A stretch of 64,000 bases of DNA. Origin: Smithellaceae bacterium. Its GTDB lineage: Bacteria > Desulfobacterota > Syntrophia > Syntrophales > Smithellaceae. Of the stretch, positions 19,421 to 29,192 are shown piece after piece. Every line of letters begins with the position of its first letter. The stretch's first letter is position 1. The stretch lies in assembly GCA_963667845.2 (NCBI GenBank), contig CAXXVL010000001.1, forward strand, positions 928,001 to 992,000, read 5' to 3'. The position numbers were made by a program, and so were the translations under genes. Under the pieces are notes generated by a model, which saw only the letters and a program-made list of their open reading frames with translations, ran no database searches and had not been told where the DNA came from.

Positions 19421-20797
19421 ATGAAGACGACGAACGGATTTACATATCTGCTTTTAGCAATTTTCATCACCACCGGCGGTTTTTTTCTGCTGCAAGCGGG
19501 TTTAATCGACAGGCAGTTCGCATCCGTTTTGCAGACTCACAATGGGCCGTTCGATATCAGTCCTTTTCTGCTTACCTGCTGGCCCATCGGTCTGGGGCCG
19601 GTGTGTTTCGCACTACTGTCTTTGCTTTCGTATGCCTATGTCCGGGTCAAATTGCCGGATGCCGATCCGTTCATCCTGCCTGCGGTCATTTTGTTGTCCG
19701 GCATCGGTCTTGTGATGATCTTGAGGCTGGCGCCGGATCTGGCTGCCGTCCGTAATGAGCAGATATCCGTGATGCTTTCCAAAAACCCACAAGCAAAAAT
19801 GACCAACAACATTGCATTGCTTGCCCAGCTTGGTGTCCGGCAATTATTTCACTGGTCGTTGGGAATTGCAGCAATGATCGCAACCATATTATGTTTAAAC
19901 AAAACAATGTTTTCCTGGTTATCCGGCAAGAAATACATCTGGGTTATCTGCTCAATAATTCTCGTCACATTGACGCTATTGTTCGGCGTGACCAAAAACG
20001 GTAGCACGTTGTGGCTGATGGGATTTCAAGTAACTGAAATCATAAAACTCTTGATGATCTTGTTTATTGCCGGGTATTTTTACGAAAAAGGAAAGATCAT
20101 GGAGCTTTATAAAAATCAGTTTGGCTCTTGGTTGAAATATGCCACCCCGTTTGGCCTAATGTGCTTTTTTTCACTGATTACGCTGATTCTCCAGAAAGAT
20201 ATCGGACCGACGTTTTTACTCTTCTTGGTATTTCTCATCGTTATTTTTTGCGCGGGAAACCGGCTCAGCGTCACACTCGTCTTCATCCTGCTGACTGCAA
20301 CAGTTGGATACCTTTTTTATTCTTTCGGTTATCCGCCGATTGTGAGAAAGCGCTTTGATATGCTCTTCAATCCTTTTGAAACAAGCGCATCCATGGCGCG
20401 GGTTCTCTGGGCGATTTCATCCGGCGGTGTTCATGGGGTGGGCATCGGCTATGGACAGTCATACCTGATTCCTGAAGTGCAATCCGATTTTAATTTTACC
20501 GCCATTTGCGAAGAAATGGGTTTTGCCGGCGCATTGGCGGTTATACTTCTTTACGGTGTGCTGATCTATCGCTCATTCAAAATCGCCCGGAAGACAAATA
20601 ATATGTATAAAAAGATGCTTTCCCTGACCATCGGCGTTCTTTTCGCGGTGCAGACCGCCATTATTATCTGCGGGAATATCGTGCTTATTCCGTTTACGGG
20701 AATTACGCTGCCTTTTATCAGTTACGGGGGCAGTTCGCTGATTATCAGTTTTGTGATGACAGGTGTCCTTCTTAGAATATCAGGAGACAAATCATGA
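19421..20797 (+). CDS. rodA: FtsW/RodA/SpoVE (SEDS) family protein
   Basis: Polytopic membrane protein with Q..E..K, QKDIG, SGG..G.G.G, IPEVQSDF.F..I.EE.G and P.TGITLPFISYGGSS motifs. Confidence 0.9.
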   Translation: MKTTNGFTYLLLAIFITTGGFFLLQAGLIDRQFASVLQTHNGPFDISPFLLTCWPIGLGPVCFALLSLLSYAYVRVKLPDADPFILPAVILLSGIGLVMILRLAPDLAAVRNEQISVMLSKNPQAKMTNNIALLAQLGVRQLFHWSLGIAAMIATILCLNKTMFSWLSGKKYIWVICSIILVTLTLLFGVTKNGSTLWLMGFQVTEIIKLLMILFIAGYFYEKGKIMELYKNQFGSWLKYATPFGLMCFFSLITLILQKDIGPTFLLFLVFLIVIFCAGNRLSVTLVFILLTATVGYLFYSFGYPPIVRKRFDMLFNPFETSASMARVLWAISSGGVHGVGIGYGQSYLIPEVQSDFNFTAICEEMGFAGALAVILLYGVLIYRSFKIARKTNNMYKKMLSLTIGVLFAVQTAIIICGNIVLIPFTGITLPFISYGGSSLIISFVMTGVLLRISGDKS

Positions 20798-22536
20798 TCG
20801 GGGCAAGATCGAAGTGGGTGATGGTTTTATTGGCACTGGTGGCCTGTGCGGTGGTTTACGGGCTGGTGAACAGGATGTTTATTCAAGCCGATGAACTGGG
20901 GCGCACCCGGTACAGTGATCAAAAATTCATAGACACCATGGAATCTCTGATCCGGGAGAAAGTTTTTGATGTTCATGAACGGGATATTGTCATCAATGAA
21001 GACGTTTTTCGGCAAAAAGGATTCAGTAAAGAGCTGGAGCAAAGGATTCGTGCTCATGTCCGGCATCTTTATGTTAAAAACGGGGAGATTCGTTTTGAAA
21101 ATAAAGCGGCAAGCATCGCCAACCAAGTGCGCCACAGAGACAATCTGATCTGGCGTGGCAAATTTCTCGATCGCAATGGTGTGATTCTGGCCGAAAGTTC
21201 CATAGACAAAAATCGCTGGCGGACGGACCGGACATATTCTTTCGGGCCGGAGTTTTTTCCCGTTATCGGTCATGCCAGCGTAACATACGGTAAAAGATAT
21301 CTGGAAAAAGATCTGGATGATTATCTGGAAGGCCGGAATCATGAGCCGGTCCTGAATACCGATATTGATCCATTTAAGAAAGTCTTGATGGGCGATCATG
21401 TCACATTGACCGTGGACAGCGCCATTCAGCGGTATGCCTTTCAGGTTATGAAGGATTTCAAGGGTGCTGTAGTCGTGGTGGATGTCAAATCATTCGAAGT
21501 ACTCGCCGCCGTGAGCACACCGTCGTTTGACCCGAACGAAAAAAATGGTGAAGCATGGGTATCGGCCTTTGCCGGTAAGGAAGATAGGGTATATGAAAAC
21601 AGGGCACTGTCTGTGGCCTATCCGCCGGGGTCAACTTTCAAAACCGTAGTTGCAACGGCTTTGCTGGAAACCGGCCGGGCCACGGCTAATGAGCGAAAGA
21701 AGGTCATTTGTACCGGCTTGAAGAATCCGTATGGTATTTCCGATATTCATCCCCACGGGGCAATGAATCTGGATCGGGCGTTGGTGGAATCGTGCAATGC
21801 TTATTTCAGCTCAAAAGGCGTGCTGCTGGGAGAAGACCTGCTTCGTTTTGCCGAACGGTATGGTTTTAATCAGGTCGTTGATTTGGCGCCGCAATTAAAC
21901 CAGAACAAATGCTTTGCCGGACGGAGTATGGCTTTTGCCTGGCTTGACCGGAGTAATCAACTTCATCAATACATGGCTGTTGATTTTCGAAGAAACCCGA
22001 AAATTGTCGCTCAGGCGTCGATCGGCCAGAATATCGTGATGGCCACCCCTCTGCAGATGTGTCTGGTTGCGGCGGCAATCGCCAATGGCGGAATGATGAA
22101 AAATCCTTCAATTATAAAAGAAATAAAGTCTGCTGACGGTAAAGAGCTTATCCGGGCGGCGCAAGGCGGTCAGTCCAGAAAAGTGATGTCTTTCCGTGTT
22201 GCGACACAAATTCGGGAGCTCATGGCGGACGTGATGAAAAAAGGGACAGGAAAGAATGTAAAAAAAATTTACCGGGAAGGATCTGCTTATACGACAAATC
22301 CTGCGACGGAGAATCTTAACGTCGTTAACATTGCCGGCAAAACAGGCACGGCGGAAGTTGACAACAAGGATGTAGACAATCCCCGAAAGCCCCATTCCTG
22401 GTTTATCGGTTTTGCTCCCTCTGAAAATCCAAGGGTGGCCATTGCCGTGATTGCCGAAAATCAGGGATTCGGCAGCCTGACCGCCGCACCGATTGCGATG
22501 GATGTTCTTGCCACTGTTTTAAACAGTCTTCGTTAA
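20794..22536 (+). CDS. Class B penicillin-binding protein (PbpA-like transpeptidase)
   Basis: N-terminal TM; RG..LDRNG; GSTFK (SxxK), SCN (SxN) and KTGT motifs; overlaps the rodA stop (ATGA). Confidence 0.9.
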   Translation: MIGARSKWVMVLLALVACAVVYGLVNRMFIQADELGRTRYSDQKFIDTMESLIREKVFDVHERDIVINEDVFRQKGFSKELEQRIRAHVRHLYVKNGEIRFENKAASIANQVRHRDNLIWRGKFLDRNGVILAESSIDKNRWRTDRTYSFGPEFFPVIGHASVTYGKRYLEKDLDDYLEGRNHEPVLNTDIDPFKKVLMGDHVTLTVDSAIQRYAFQVMKDFKGAVVVVDVKSFEVLAAVSTPSFDPNEKNGEAWVSAFAGKEDRVYENRALSVAYPPGSTFKTVVATALLETGRATANERKKVICTGLKNPYGISDIHPHGAMNLDRALVESCNAYFSSKGVLLGEDLLRFAERYGFNQVVDLAPQLNQNKCFAGRSMAFAWLDRSNQLHQYMAVDFRRNPKIVAQASIGQNIVMATPLQMCLVAAAIANGGMMKNPSIIKEIKSADGKELIRAAQGGQSRKVMSFRVATQIRELMADVMKKGTGKNVKKIYREGSAYTTNPATENLNVVNIAGKTGTAEVDNKDVDNPRKPHSWFIGFAPSENPRVAIAVIAENQGFGSLTAAPIAMDVLATVLNSLR

Positions 22537-22652
22537 GCTTAAAAAAGAGCTTGATTTCATAATGAATTATCAGTTAATAATTTTACCCTGTAAACAGAAA
22601 CGATCTTTAAGAATGATTAGCAATTTTTATAAGTTAAGGAGTCTCCGCTTCC

Positions 22653-25600
22653 ATGAAGGACTGTCCCTTTTGTGCTGAAGAGATCAAGGATGAAGCCATC
22701 AAATGCAAGCACTGCGGATCGGTGTTGAATACTTCACGCCTTCAGAATCAAGAAGAATCAGATCCGTTTGCTGATCCGAATCGCAATACCGGTACAAAGG
22801 TGAATATAGGGATGTTGATCGGCGACCGCTATTTGACCCGTTTCAAACTGGGCGAAGGCGGGATGGGAGAGGTTTATCTGACGGAGGACCAGGAACTGGA
22901 GGGAGCCGTAAGGGCGATCAAGGTACTGCCAGATAAGCTGAAGGAAGACATTAAAGCCGTTAAGCGGCTGAAGGAAGAAGCCCAGATCACGATGGAGCTG
23001 AATCACGGCAACATTGTGCGGCTTTATAATTATGAGAAGAAAGAGAATACCCATTACTTGGTGATGGAATATGTAAATGGGATCGACATGAACACCTACA
23101 TCGGGGTGAAGGGGAAGATCGGAGAGTATTCCGCCAGACGGATCGGCATAGAATTGGCGGAGGCATTAATCGCCGCGCACGGACATAAACCGTCGATTAT
23201 TCATCGGGACATCAAGCCGGCCAACATATTGCTGGAATGGCCGGAGATGGACATTGAAGCCATTGCAGATCTGAAGAAGAAGGGAGCCGATCTCACACCA
23301 GTGGAGCTGCCTGATATTGATACAGCCGGGGTGCGTCTTGCCGATTTCGGGATAGCCAGGCAGGTTCGGGACAGCATGAGCAAATACGGGAATTCGATCG
23401 ACACATCCGGGACGAAGCTGTACATGTCCCCCGAGCAGATTAGGGGAAAGGGGATCGATATCCGGACGGATTTATATTCGTTGGGTGCAACTTTGTATGA
23501 ACTGTTGTCGGGGGATCCTCCATTTAGCGGTGAATCCGCAGAATACCAGATATTTAGTGAGAAGCCCGATCCCATCGACGGGATCAGTGACGAATTAAAC
23601 ACGATCATTCTAAAACTGTTGGAGAAAGACAAGGAGAACCGATACAAAGACGCGGAGGAATTAGTTGCCTCTCTATCGAAAGGGATAAAAGAAAATGAAA
23701 ATAAACGGTCGTTATCAGCAGGAAAATATTTTAATGATGGTTATAAAGAGTTCTTAAAAGAAACTATATCGACTGATAAAATCTATGTCGGAGATTTCCT
23801 CACAAATACTCAAGATGCCTTGAGATTTCTGAACATAACAAAAGATACTATATTATCAAACGGTAACAAGTATTTACATTTGTCCTTAGTAGACGTGATA
23901 AAACACAAATTTATTGACGAGCTAAAAAGTTTTATAAACGGTCTTGATCCTAAGAATCAAGATACTTATGAAGTGTATTATTTGAAGCTTTATACTGATG
24001 GAAAAATTAAAGAATCAAAGTATGAAGCGGAAAAACATGAAGAAGAAATCAGTATAGATTACCCACATGAAATGTCAGCTTACTATAAAATATTTCAAAA
24101 TGACGATATATCTGCAAAGCGTTGTATGAATAGGGATGAAGGAAATGATGGTGATTCCTCCAATTTGATATCCTGTGCAGAAGCTTGGAAAGAGTTATTC
24201 AGTAATGACTGTGAGGCTAATCGCTGTTTGAAAGAAGCCGAAGGTCATGCAGAATGTTCAGCGGATTGGTCATTCTGTGCCAAAGGCTGGAAAGAGTTAT
24301 TCAACGATAATCGTGAAGCACGTCGATGTATGAAAGAAGCAGAAAAGCTTGCTGAAGGCTCATGGGCTTGGCAATTGTGTGCCGGAAACTGGAAAAAGTT
24401 ATATAACGATGATCGTGAAGCATGGCGATGCATGAAAGAAGCAGAAAATCGTGTTGAAGATTCAGAGGATTGGAGAGAGTGCGCTGAAGGCTGGAGGAAA
24501 TTTTTCAACGATGAACATGAAGCACGTCGATGTATGGAAGAAGCAGAGAAGCGTGCTGAAGATTCAGCGAATTGGAGCCAGTGTGCAGGAGGCTGGAAAG
24601 AGTTATTCAACGATGATCGTAAAGCACGGCGATGTATGAAAGAAGCAGAGAAGCTTGTTGAAGATTCAGATGATTGGGAATGTTGTGCCAGTAAGTGGGG
24701 ATGCGAGTTGAATGATAACCAAGAGGCGAAGCGGTGTTTAAGCAAAGCTGAAAGATTTGCGATAAGTTCATGGGATTGGTCTTTACGTGCAAGATCTTGG
24801 AAAGATATATGCAATGATAAGCATGAGGCAATGCGATGTTTAAAGGAAGCCGAGAGGCTGGCAAAAGATTCATCAGACTGGAAAGAATGTGCCGAAGGCT
24901 GGAAAGAGCTATTCGATGATGATCACGAAGCAGAACGCTGCATGAAAGAAGTGGAGAGGCAAAGGGCAGATTCTGAAGATGGAGAAAAGTGTTCTGGTGG
25001 TCGGAAAGACGTATTAAACGATAATATTGAATCAGAGCAAGGCATGAAGAATGCCGAGCAGAACGAAGGAGAAGAGGAATTCATTGAATCGTTTAATGAA
25101 AAATATGGTGACTTAACATCCGAACATCTCTTATCATTATGGAGACATAATGTTACGTCTGATGATGCACTTCAAAACATAACATATGCATGGTACGTTC
25201 TCGGTAATAGAAGTATGGCGGAAGAGTCTGTCCGAGTTTTGGAGAACCGTGCAGAGCATAACCATAATAAATATTATGTTTCAGACGATTGGAGTTTTAT
25301 TGCTATAATTTGGAAGAAGCTTGGAGATGACAACCAAGCTCTATGGGCAATGCAAAAAGCAGAACATTTTGCAAAATATGTGCGTAATTGGATTAAAATT
25401 GCAGATAGCTGGAATGCACTAAATGATAAAGCACGGGCATTAAGTGCAATGCAAAAGGCCGAGCCACTAGCAGAAAGGTGTAATGATTGGACCACAGCTG
25501 TTAAAACGTGTGTAAAAATTGGTAACTTAACTTGTGCGACAAAAGCAATGCAAAGTGCTGAATCTCTTATGAGAACATTAGATGATTATATGGATGTTAT

Positions 25601-26450
25601 TATGGCGTGGAAGCAGATTGGTGATAAAGCGCGTGCAGAAGATATATTGCAACATATATTAAAAACATGGAGCCTTAGTGCATACGATAGGAGCCGCTGT
25701 GCATTGCTTTGGGGAAAGATTGGTAACAAAGCCCGTGTATCAGAGGCATTGCGGAAGGCAGAGGCTGCAGCAAAATCGGTTTTCGAGTGGTTCGAGATTG
25801 CCGGGGTTTATAAGAAAGTTGGTGATACAACACGACTTGAGAAAGTAAAGCAGCAGTTGGAATTTCTGATGGAGGATTCGGCTAATTGGACAAGCGTTGT
25901 CCATACTGGACGAGGTGGGTTTTCTTGCGGAATTGAAAGAAAACAATCAAAAGATTGGGTGACGCGTGCCTTTATATGGAAAAAACTTGGCGATGAGAGC
26001 CGTATGGAAAAAGCTATGCAGCCATTGGAATCCATAGCAGTGAATTCAGAAGATTGGAGAGATATTGCATTGATTTGGGATGAACTTGTAAACAAACCCA
26101 GAACGATAACGGCAATATCCAAAGCAGAAGTTCTTGCAAAAAAATCAGGCGATTGGATAGGAATCGCGCACCTGTGGCGAATACTAGATGGAATGGATGA
26201 TAATCGTGCTGTAAAATCGATGCAGAAAGCTATGACACTAGCAAAGAATTCCGCGGATTGGACTGAAATAGCACGCGGATGGAATGATTTAGGCAGAAAA
26301 ACTGATTCAGAGGAAGCCATGGAACACGCGGAAGCGATTGCTGAGGATGCAGAGGACTGGGATGACATTGCAGACACGTGGCAGGAGTTAGGTAATGAAA
26401 CGCGTGAAGAGGAGGCAATAGAAAAGCGAGAATCCGTTGTTGGAGAGTAA
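22653..26450 (+). CDS. Zn-ribbon/Ser-Thr kinase (cassette 3) + long array of W/C-rich helical (TPR-like) repeats
   Basis: Kinase motifs; repeats such as DSEDWRECAEGWRKFFNDEHEARRCMEEAEKRAE. Confidence 0.88.
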   Translation: MKDCPFCAEEIKDEAIKCKHCGSVLNTSRLQNQEESDPFADPNRNTGTKVNIGMLIGDRYLTRFKLGEGGMGEVYLTEDQELEGAVRAIKVLPDKLKEDIKAVKRLKEEAQITMELNHGNIVRLYNYEKKENTHYLVMEYVNGIDMNTYIGVKGKIGEYSARRIGIELAEALIAAHGHKPSIIHRDIKPANILLEWPEMDIEAIADLKKKGADLTPVELPDIDTAGVRLADFGIARQVRDSMSKYGNSIDTSGTKLYMSPEQIRGKGIDIRTDLYSLGATLYELLSGDPPFSGESAEYQIFSEKPDPIDGISDELNTIILKLLEKDKENRYKDAEELVASLSKGIKENENKRSLSAGKYFNDGYKEFLKETISTDKIYVGDFLTNTQDALRFLNITKDTILSNGNKYLHLSLVDVIKHKFIDELKSFINGLDPKNQDTYEVYYLKLYTDGKIKESKYEAEKHEEEISIDYPHEMSAYYKIFQNDDISAKRCMNRDEGNDGDSSNLISCAEAWKELFSNDCEANRCLKEAEGHAECSADWSFCAKGWKELFNDNREARRCMKEAEKLAEGSWAWQLCAGNWKKLYNDDREAWRCMKEAENRVEDSEDWRECAEGWRKFFNDEHEARRCMEEAEKRAEDSANWSQCAGGWKELFNDDRKARRCMKEAEKLVEDSDDWECCASKWGCELNDNQEAKRCLSKAERFAISSWDWSLRARSWKDICNDKHEAMRCLKEAERLAKDSSDWKECAEGWKELFDDDHEAERCMKEVERQRADSEDGEKCSGGRKDVLNDNIESEQGMKNAEQNEGEEEFIESFNEKYGDLTSEHLLSLWRHNVTSDDALQNITYAWYVLGNRSMAEESVRVLENRAEHNHNKYYVSDDWSFIAIIWKKLGDDNQALWAMQKAEHFAKYVRNWIKIADSWNALNDKARALSAMQKAEPLAERCNDWTTAVKTCVKIGNLTCATKAMQSAESLMRTLDDYMDVIMAWKQIGDKARAEDILQHILKTWSLSAYDRSRCALLWGKIGNKARVSEALRKAEAAAKSVFEWFEIAGVYKKVGDTTRLEKVKQQLEFLMEDSANWTSVVHTGRGGFSCGIERKQSKDWVTRAFIWKKLGDESRMEKAMQPLESIAVNSEDWRDIALIWDELVNKPRTITAISKAEVLAKKSGDWIGIAHLWRILDGMDDNRAVKSMQKAMTLAKNSADWTEIARGWNDLGRKTDSEEAMEHAEAIAEDAEDWDDIADTWQELGNETREEEAIEKRESVVGE

Positions 26451-26818
26451 AGGAAAAGAATTTTTTCTGGAACCATTATAATCCTTGATTCCGCAATAGA
26501 TCGGATGTCTATTGCGTAGCAATAAGGACTTATTCAAAAATCATGATGAAATGGAAGCCTTGGGACACCAAACCATAGCGGCGCTGGCTAAGGTTTACGC
26601 CTGGATATGTCAATTTAGATTTTGAATTTTTATAAAGTTGCAGCGATCAAAGCATAGGGAAAGCTGTCCTATATTCACGCATTATGCCTTACAGGTGAGT
26701 GTTGTTGATCGAATGCTGGAGGCCATTCTGCTAAAGGTTTTGAAATAGTCTAGTCCGATCATGGACAGTTGAATCAGTAAAGCGCCAGTGCAATCTTTTT
26801 GATAAGTCAATTATTCCT

Positions 26819-26846
26819 TGTATAAATTTTCATCTCCGTTCGTCTA
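26819..26846 (+). promoter_or_regulatory. Putative ECF promoter (TGTATAAA-N14-CGTCTA)
   Basis: Copy of the motif upstream of the fhaA-like gene. Confidence 0.72.
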
Positions 26847-26878
26847 AATGGGTAAATAAACGAACGGAGGTAACAAAT

Positions 26879-27832
26879 ATGCAATTAGCACAAATCATGA
26901 GTCAGCTTATTGTGATCGTGCGAAGTTTTTTCAAAAGTAAGAATGCGGAGATAGAACCGCGGGATATTCTTGTCCATCTGCTGAAGGAAGTGGAAAAGAG
27001 AAAGAAACACGGGATAGAAGAAAAAGCTTTTGTCCCGAACAGTTACATCGTGTATCTGTGCCCGGCTGATTTTGAAGAAATGTACCCCCTCATCGCCGGC
27101 GTGCGCGAACAGCTCAAAAGCAGGCTGGATACAACCATCAAAAAGAAGGGATATAAGCTGTTGTCAAATACTATCAGCCTTGAAATTCGGGAGGATGCCA
27201 ATATGATGAAAAGTCAGATTGTTATCAAGTCCCTGTTCATCAAGCCGAAATCCGTAATGCCGGAATGCGAAAAAAACGCACTGTCTGAAAAGCATGAGGT
27301 GGTGGAAGCCCAGGATAAAGGCCCAAAAGAATTTAAGGCGCTTTTACACCATCCAGCAGCTATGAAGAAAGAAGAAAACACTCTTGTGGGTCGTCAAAGA
27401 GTCGACGACATTTTGATTAATACAGAATCATTGAAAGATACGCTGGAAGAAACAGGTGAAGAACCCTGTCAGCAAAGCGAGCCGTATGTTAAAAAGTGCA
27501 CGCAGATGATCAGTGAAAAAGAAACAAAATATATCAACCCCGTACGGGCCAAACTGGAATTGCTGACGGGCGACCGTTCCGGAAGTGTCATTTCGCTTCA
27601 GGACGGCGAACATACTTTCGGACGCGGCTCTCAATCAAGACACCTGATTCAGGACCTGGATGAAACGGTGTCCCGCCTGCATTTCAGACTGGTGGTTAAG
27701 GAAAAGCAGGTGCGGCTCTGGGATATGAACAGTCTCAATGGCACAAAGGTCAATGACGTGGAAGTTGAGGAGGCGGAGTTGAGTAAGGGCGATGTTATCG
27801 CGGCAGGCAAAGTTCTTTTAAGGGTGGCGTGA
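26879..27832 (+). CDS. FhaA-like protein (DUF3662-like N-terminus + C-terminal FHA domain)
   Basis: EPRDI...L..E....VPNSY.VYL.P.DF N-terminus; FGRG..VSRLH..DMNSLNGTKVN..L..GD.I..G FHA motifs. Confidence 0.85.
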   Translation: MQLAQIMSQLIVIVRSFFKSKNAEIEPRDILVHLLKEVEKRKKHGIEEKAFVPNSYIVYLCPADFEEMYPLIAGVREQLKSRLDTTIKKKGYKLLSNTISLEIREDANMMKSQIVIKSLFIKPKSVMPECEKNALSEKHEVVEAQDKGPKEFKALLHHPAAMKKEENTLVGRQRVDDILINTESLKDTLEETGEEPCQQSEPYVKKCTQMISEKETKYINPVRAKLELLTGDRSGSVISLQDGEHTFGRGSQSRHLIQDLDETVSRLHFRLVVKEKQVRLWDMNSLNGTKVNDVEVEEAELSKGDVIAAGKVLLRVA

Positions 27833-28263
27833 ATATGCTATCCTTCTGGACAATCAAGCTTTTACATGCCGCTCTGGTTTGTTGCATCGGTGTGATGGCG
27901 CTGTGGTTATTCATCGCCGGGATCACAGACAGAAGGGGCAAAAAAGGAGACTTGCAGCGTGAAGAATCGCGATGTTTTGCGGCTTATTTGACGAGAAAGG
28001 GGAAACCCTACTGCAGGATCGATTTAAATAAAGGCGTGTATTCCGTCGGCGCTGAAAAAGATTGCGACATCATGCTTATGGGGGGCAATATTCCACCAAA
28101 ACTGGGGGAAATGGTTGTCAATGAGGATGAATGCTCTTTCCGCAGCGAAACGTCCGGCCATGTGTGCTTCGATGGAGATTCTCTGCAGGCCCATTCGCGA
28201 AAACGATTGAGAGAGGGTGACCGGTTAAACATCAGCGTTTATGAGATGCTGATTGAAAAGTAA
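27829..28263 (+). CDS. FhaB-like membrane-anchored degenerate FHA protein
   Basis: N-terminal TM; VGAEKDCDIML..L.EGDRL.I fits the FHA fold but lacks the GR/SxxH/NG phospho-binding residues. Confidence 0.6.
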   Translation: MNMLSFWTIKLLHAALVCCIGVMALWLFIAGITDRRGKKGDLQREESRCFAAYLTRKGKPYCRIDLNKGVYSVGAEKDCDIMLMGGNIPPKLGEMVVNEDECSFRSETSGHVCFDGDSLQAHSRKRLREGDRLNISVYEMLIEK

Positions 28264-28283
28264 TCAGTGAAACGGGGAAGACA

Positions 28284-29042
28284 ATGCAGTCATTCGGAAT
28301 AACGGATACGGGGATCGTCAGGAAAAACAATGAAGACAGCCTTCTACTCAACAGAGACTTGCAGTTGTTCATCGTGGCTGATGGAATGGGCGGGCATGCG
28401 CACGGTGAAATCGCCAGCAGGATGGCTGTACGCAGCATCAACGAATTTTTGATCGAAGCAGTCGAGAAAACCGATGCCGCCCTGCTGGCCAAAGATGAGC
28501 AGGTTGTCGGTCTTTTAAAAGATGCCGTGCTCAATGCCAATGAAGCGATATTATCTTATTCCCGGGAAATGATTCCAGACAAGATCATGGGAACAACCGT
28601 TTCTTTTGTCTTCTTCCGTAACGGGAATGTTTATCTGGCCCATGTGGGCGACAGTCGTATTTGCCGCCTGAGAAACGGACAGATGGAGAAATTAACCACC
28701 GACCACAATGAGACATGGGAACTGGTCGAAAAGGGATTGGTCAGTGAGGAGGATGCCGACAACCACTGGCAGAGCAATATTCTTACCCGGGCACTGGGCG
28801 TCCGCGACGAAATCACACCGGAAATACAATTTTCCCAGGTAGAAGAGAACGACCAGTATTTATTGTGTTCGGACGGCCTTTCGCGCGTTATGACCGCTAC
28901 TGACGTTGCGGACATAATGCGCTGTGAATTATCTGTAAGGGCAAAGTGCCAGATGTTTATTGACAAGGCGCTGGAAGGAGGCGCGCCAGATAATGTCACG
29001 GTGATTATCATTCATACTGCAGTAGATTCCATGGCAGTATAG
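28284..29042 (+). CDS. PP2C-family Ser/Thr phosphatase (Stp1/PstP/PrpC-like)
   Basis: TDTG.VR..NED, VADGMGGH, MGTT, HVGDSR, LTRALG, LCSDGL and GAPDNVT motifs. Confidence 0.95.
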   Translation: MQSFGITDTGIVRKNNEDSLLLNRDLQLFIVADGMGGHAHGEIASRMAVRSINEFLIEAVEKTDAALLAKDEQVVGLLKDAVLNANEAILSYSREMIPDKIMGTTVSFVFFRNGNVYLAHVGDSRICRLRNGQMEKLTTDHNETWELVEKGLVSEEDADNHWQSNILTRALGVRDEITPEIQFSQVEENDQYLLCSDGLSRVMTATDVADIMRCELSVRAKCQMFIDKALEGGAPDNVTVIIIHTAVDSMAV

Positions 29043-29150
29043 AGTGTAGATTCGGACAGCCAAATAGCATTTGTCATACAGCCGAAAATATTTTATATAA
29101 ATTTCTTAAAAAGTTATCGTTAATGAAGGAACGTTACCTTTATAGAGTAA

Positions 29151-29192
29151 GCCCATAGGACGGGGCTCCGCCAGGAAAGCCGTCCTATGGGC
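29151..29192. other. Perfect 13-bp inverted repeat (GCCCATAGGACGG / CCGTCCTATGGGC)
   Basis: Read directly; 16-nt loop; no U-tract follows. Confidence 0.7.
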
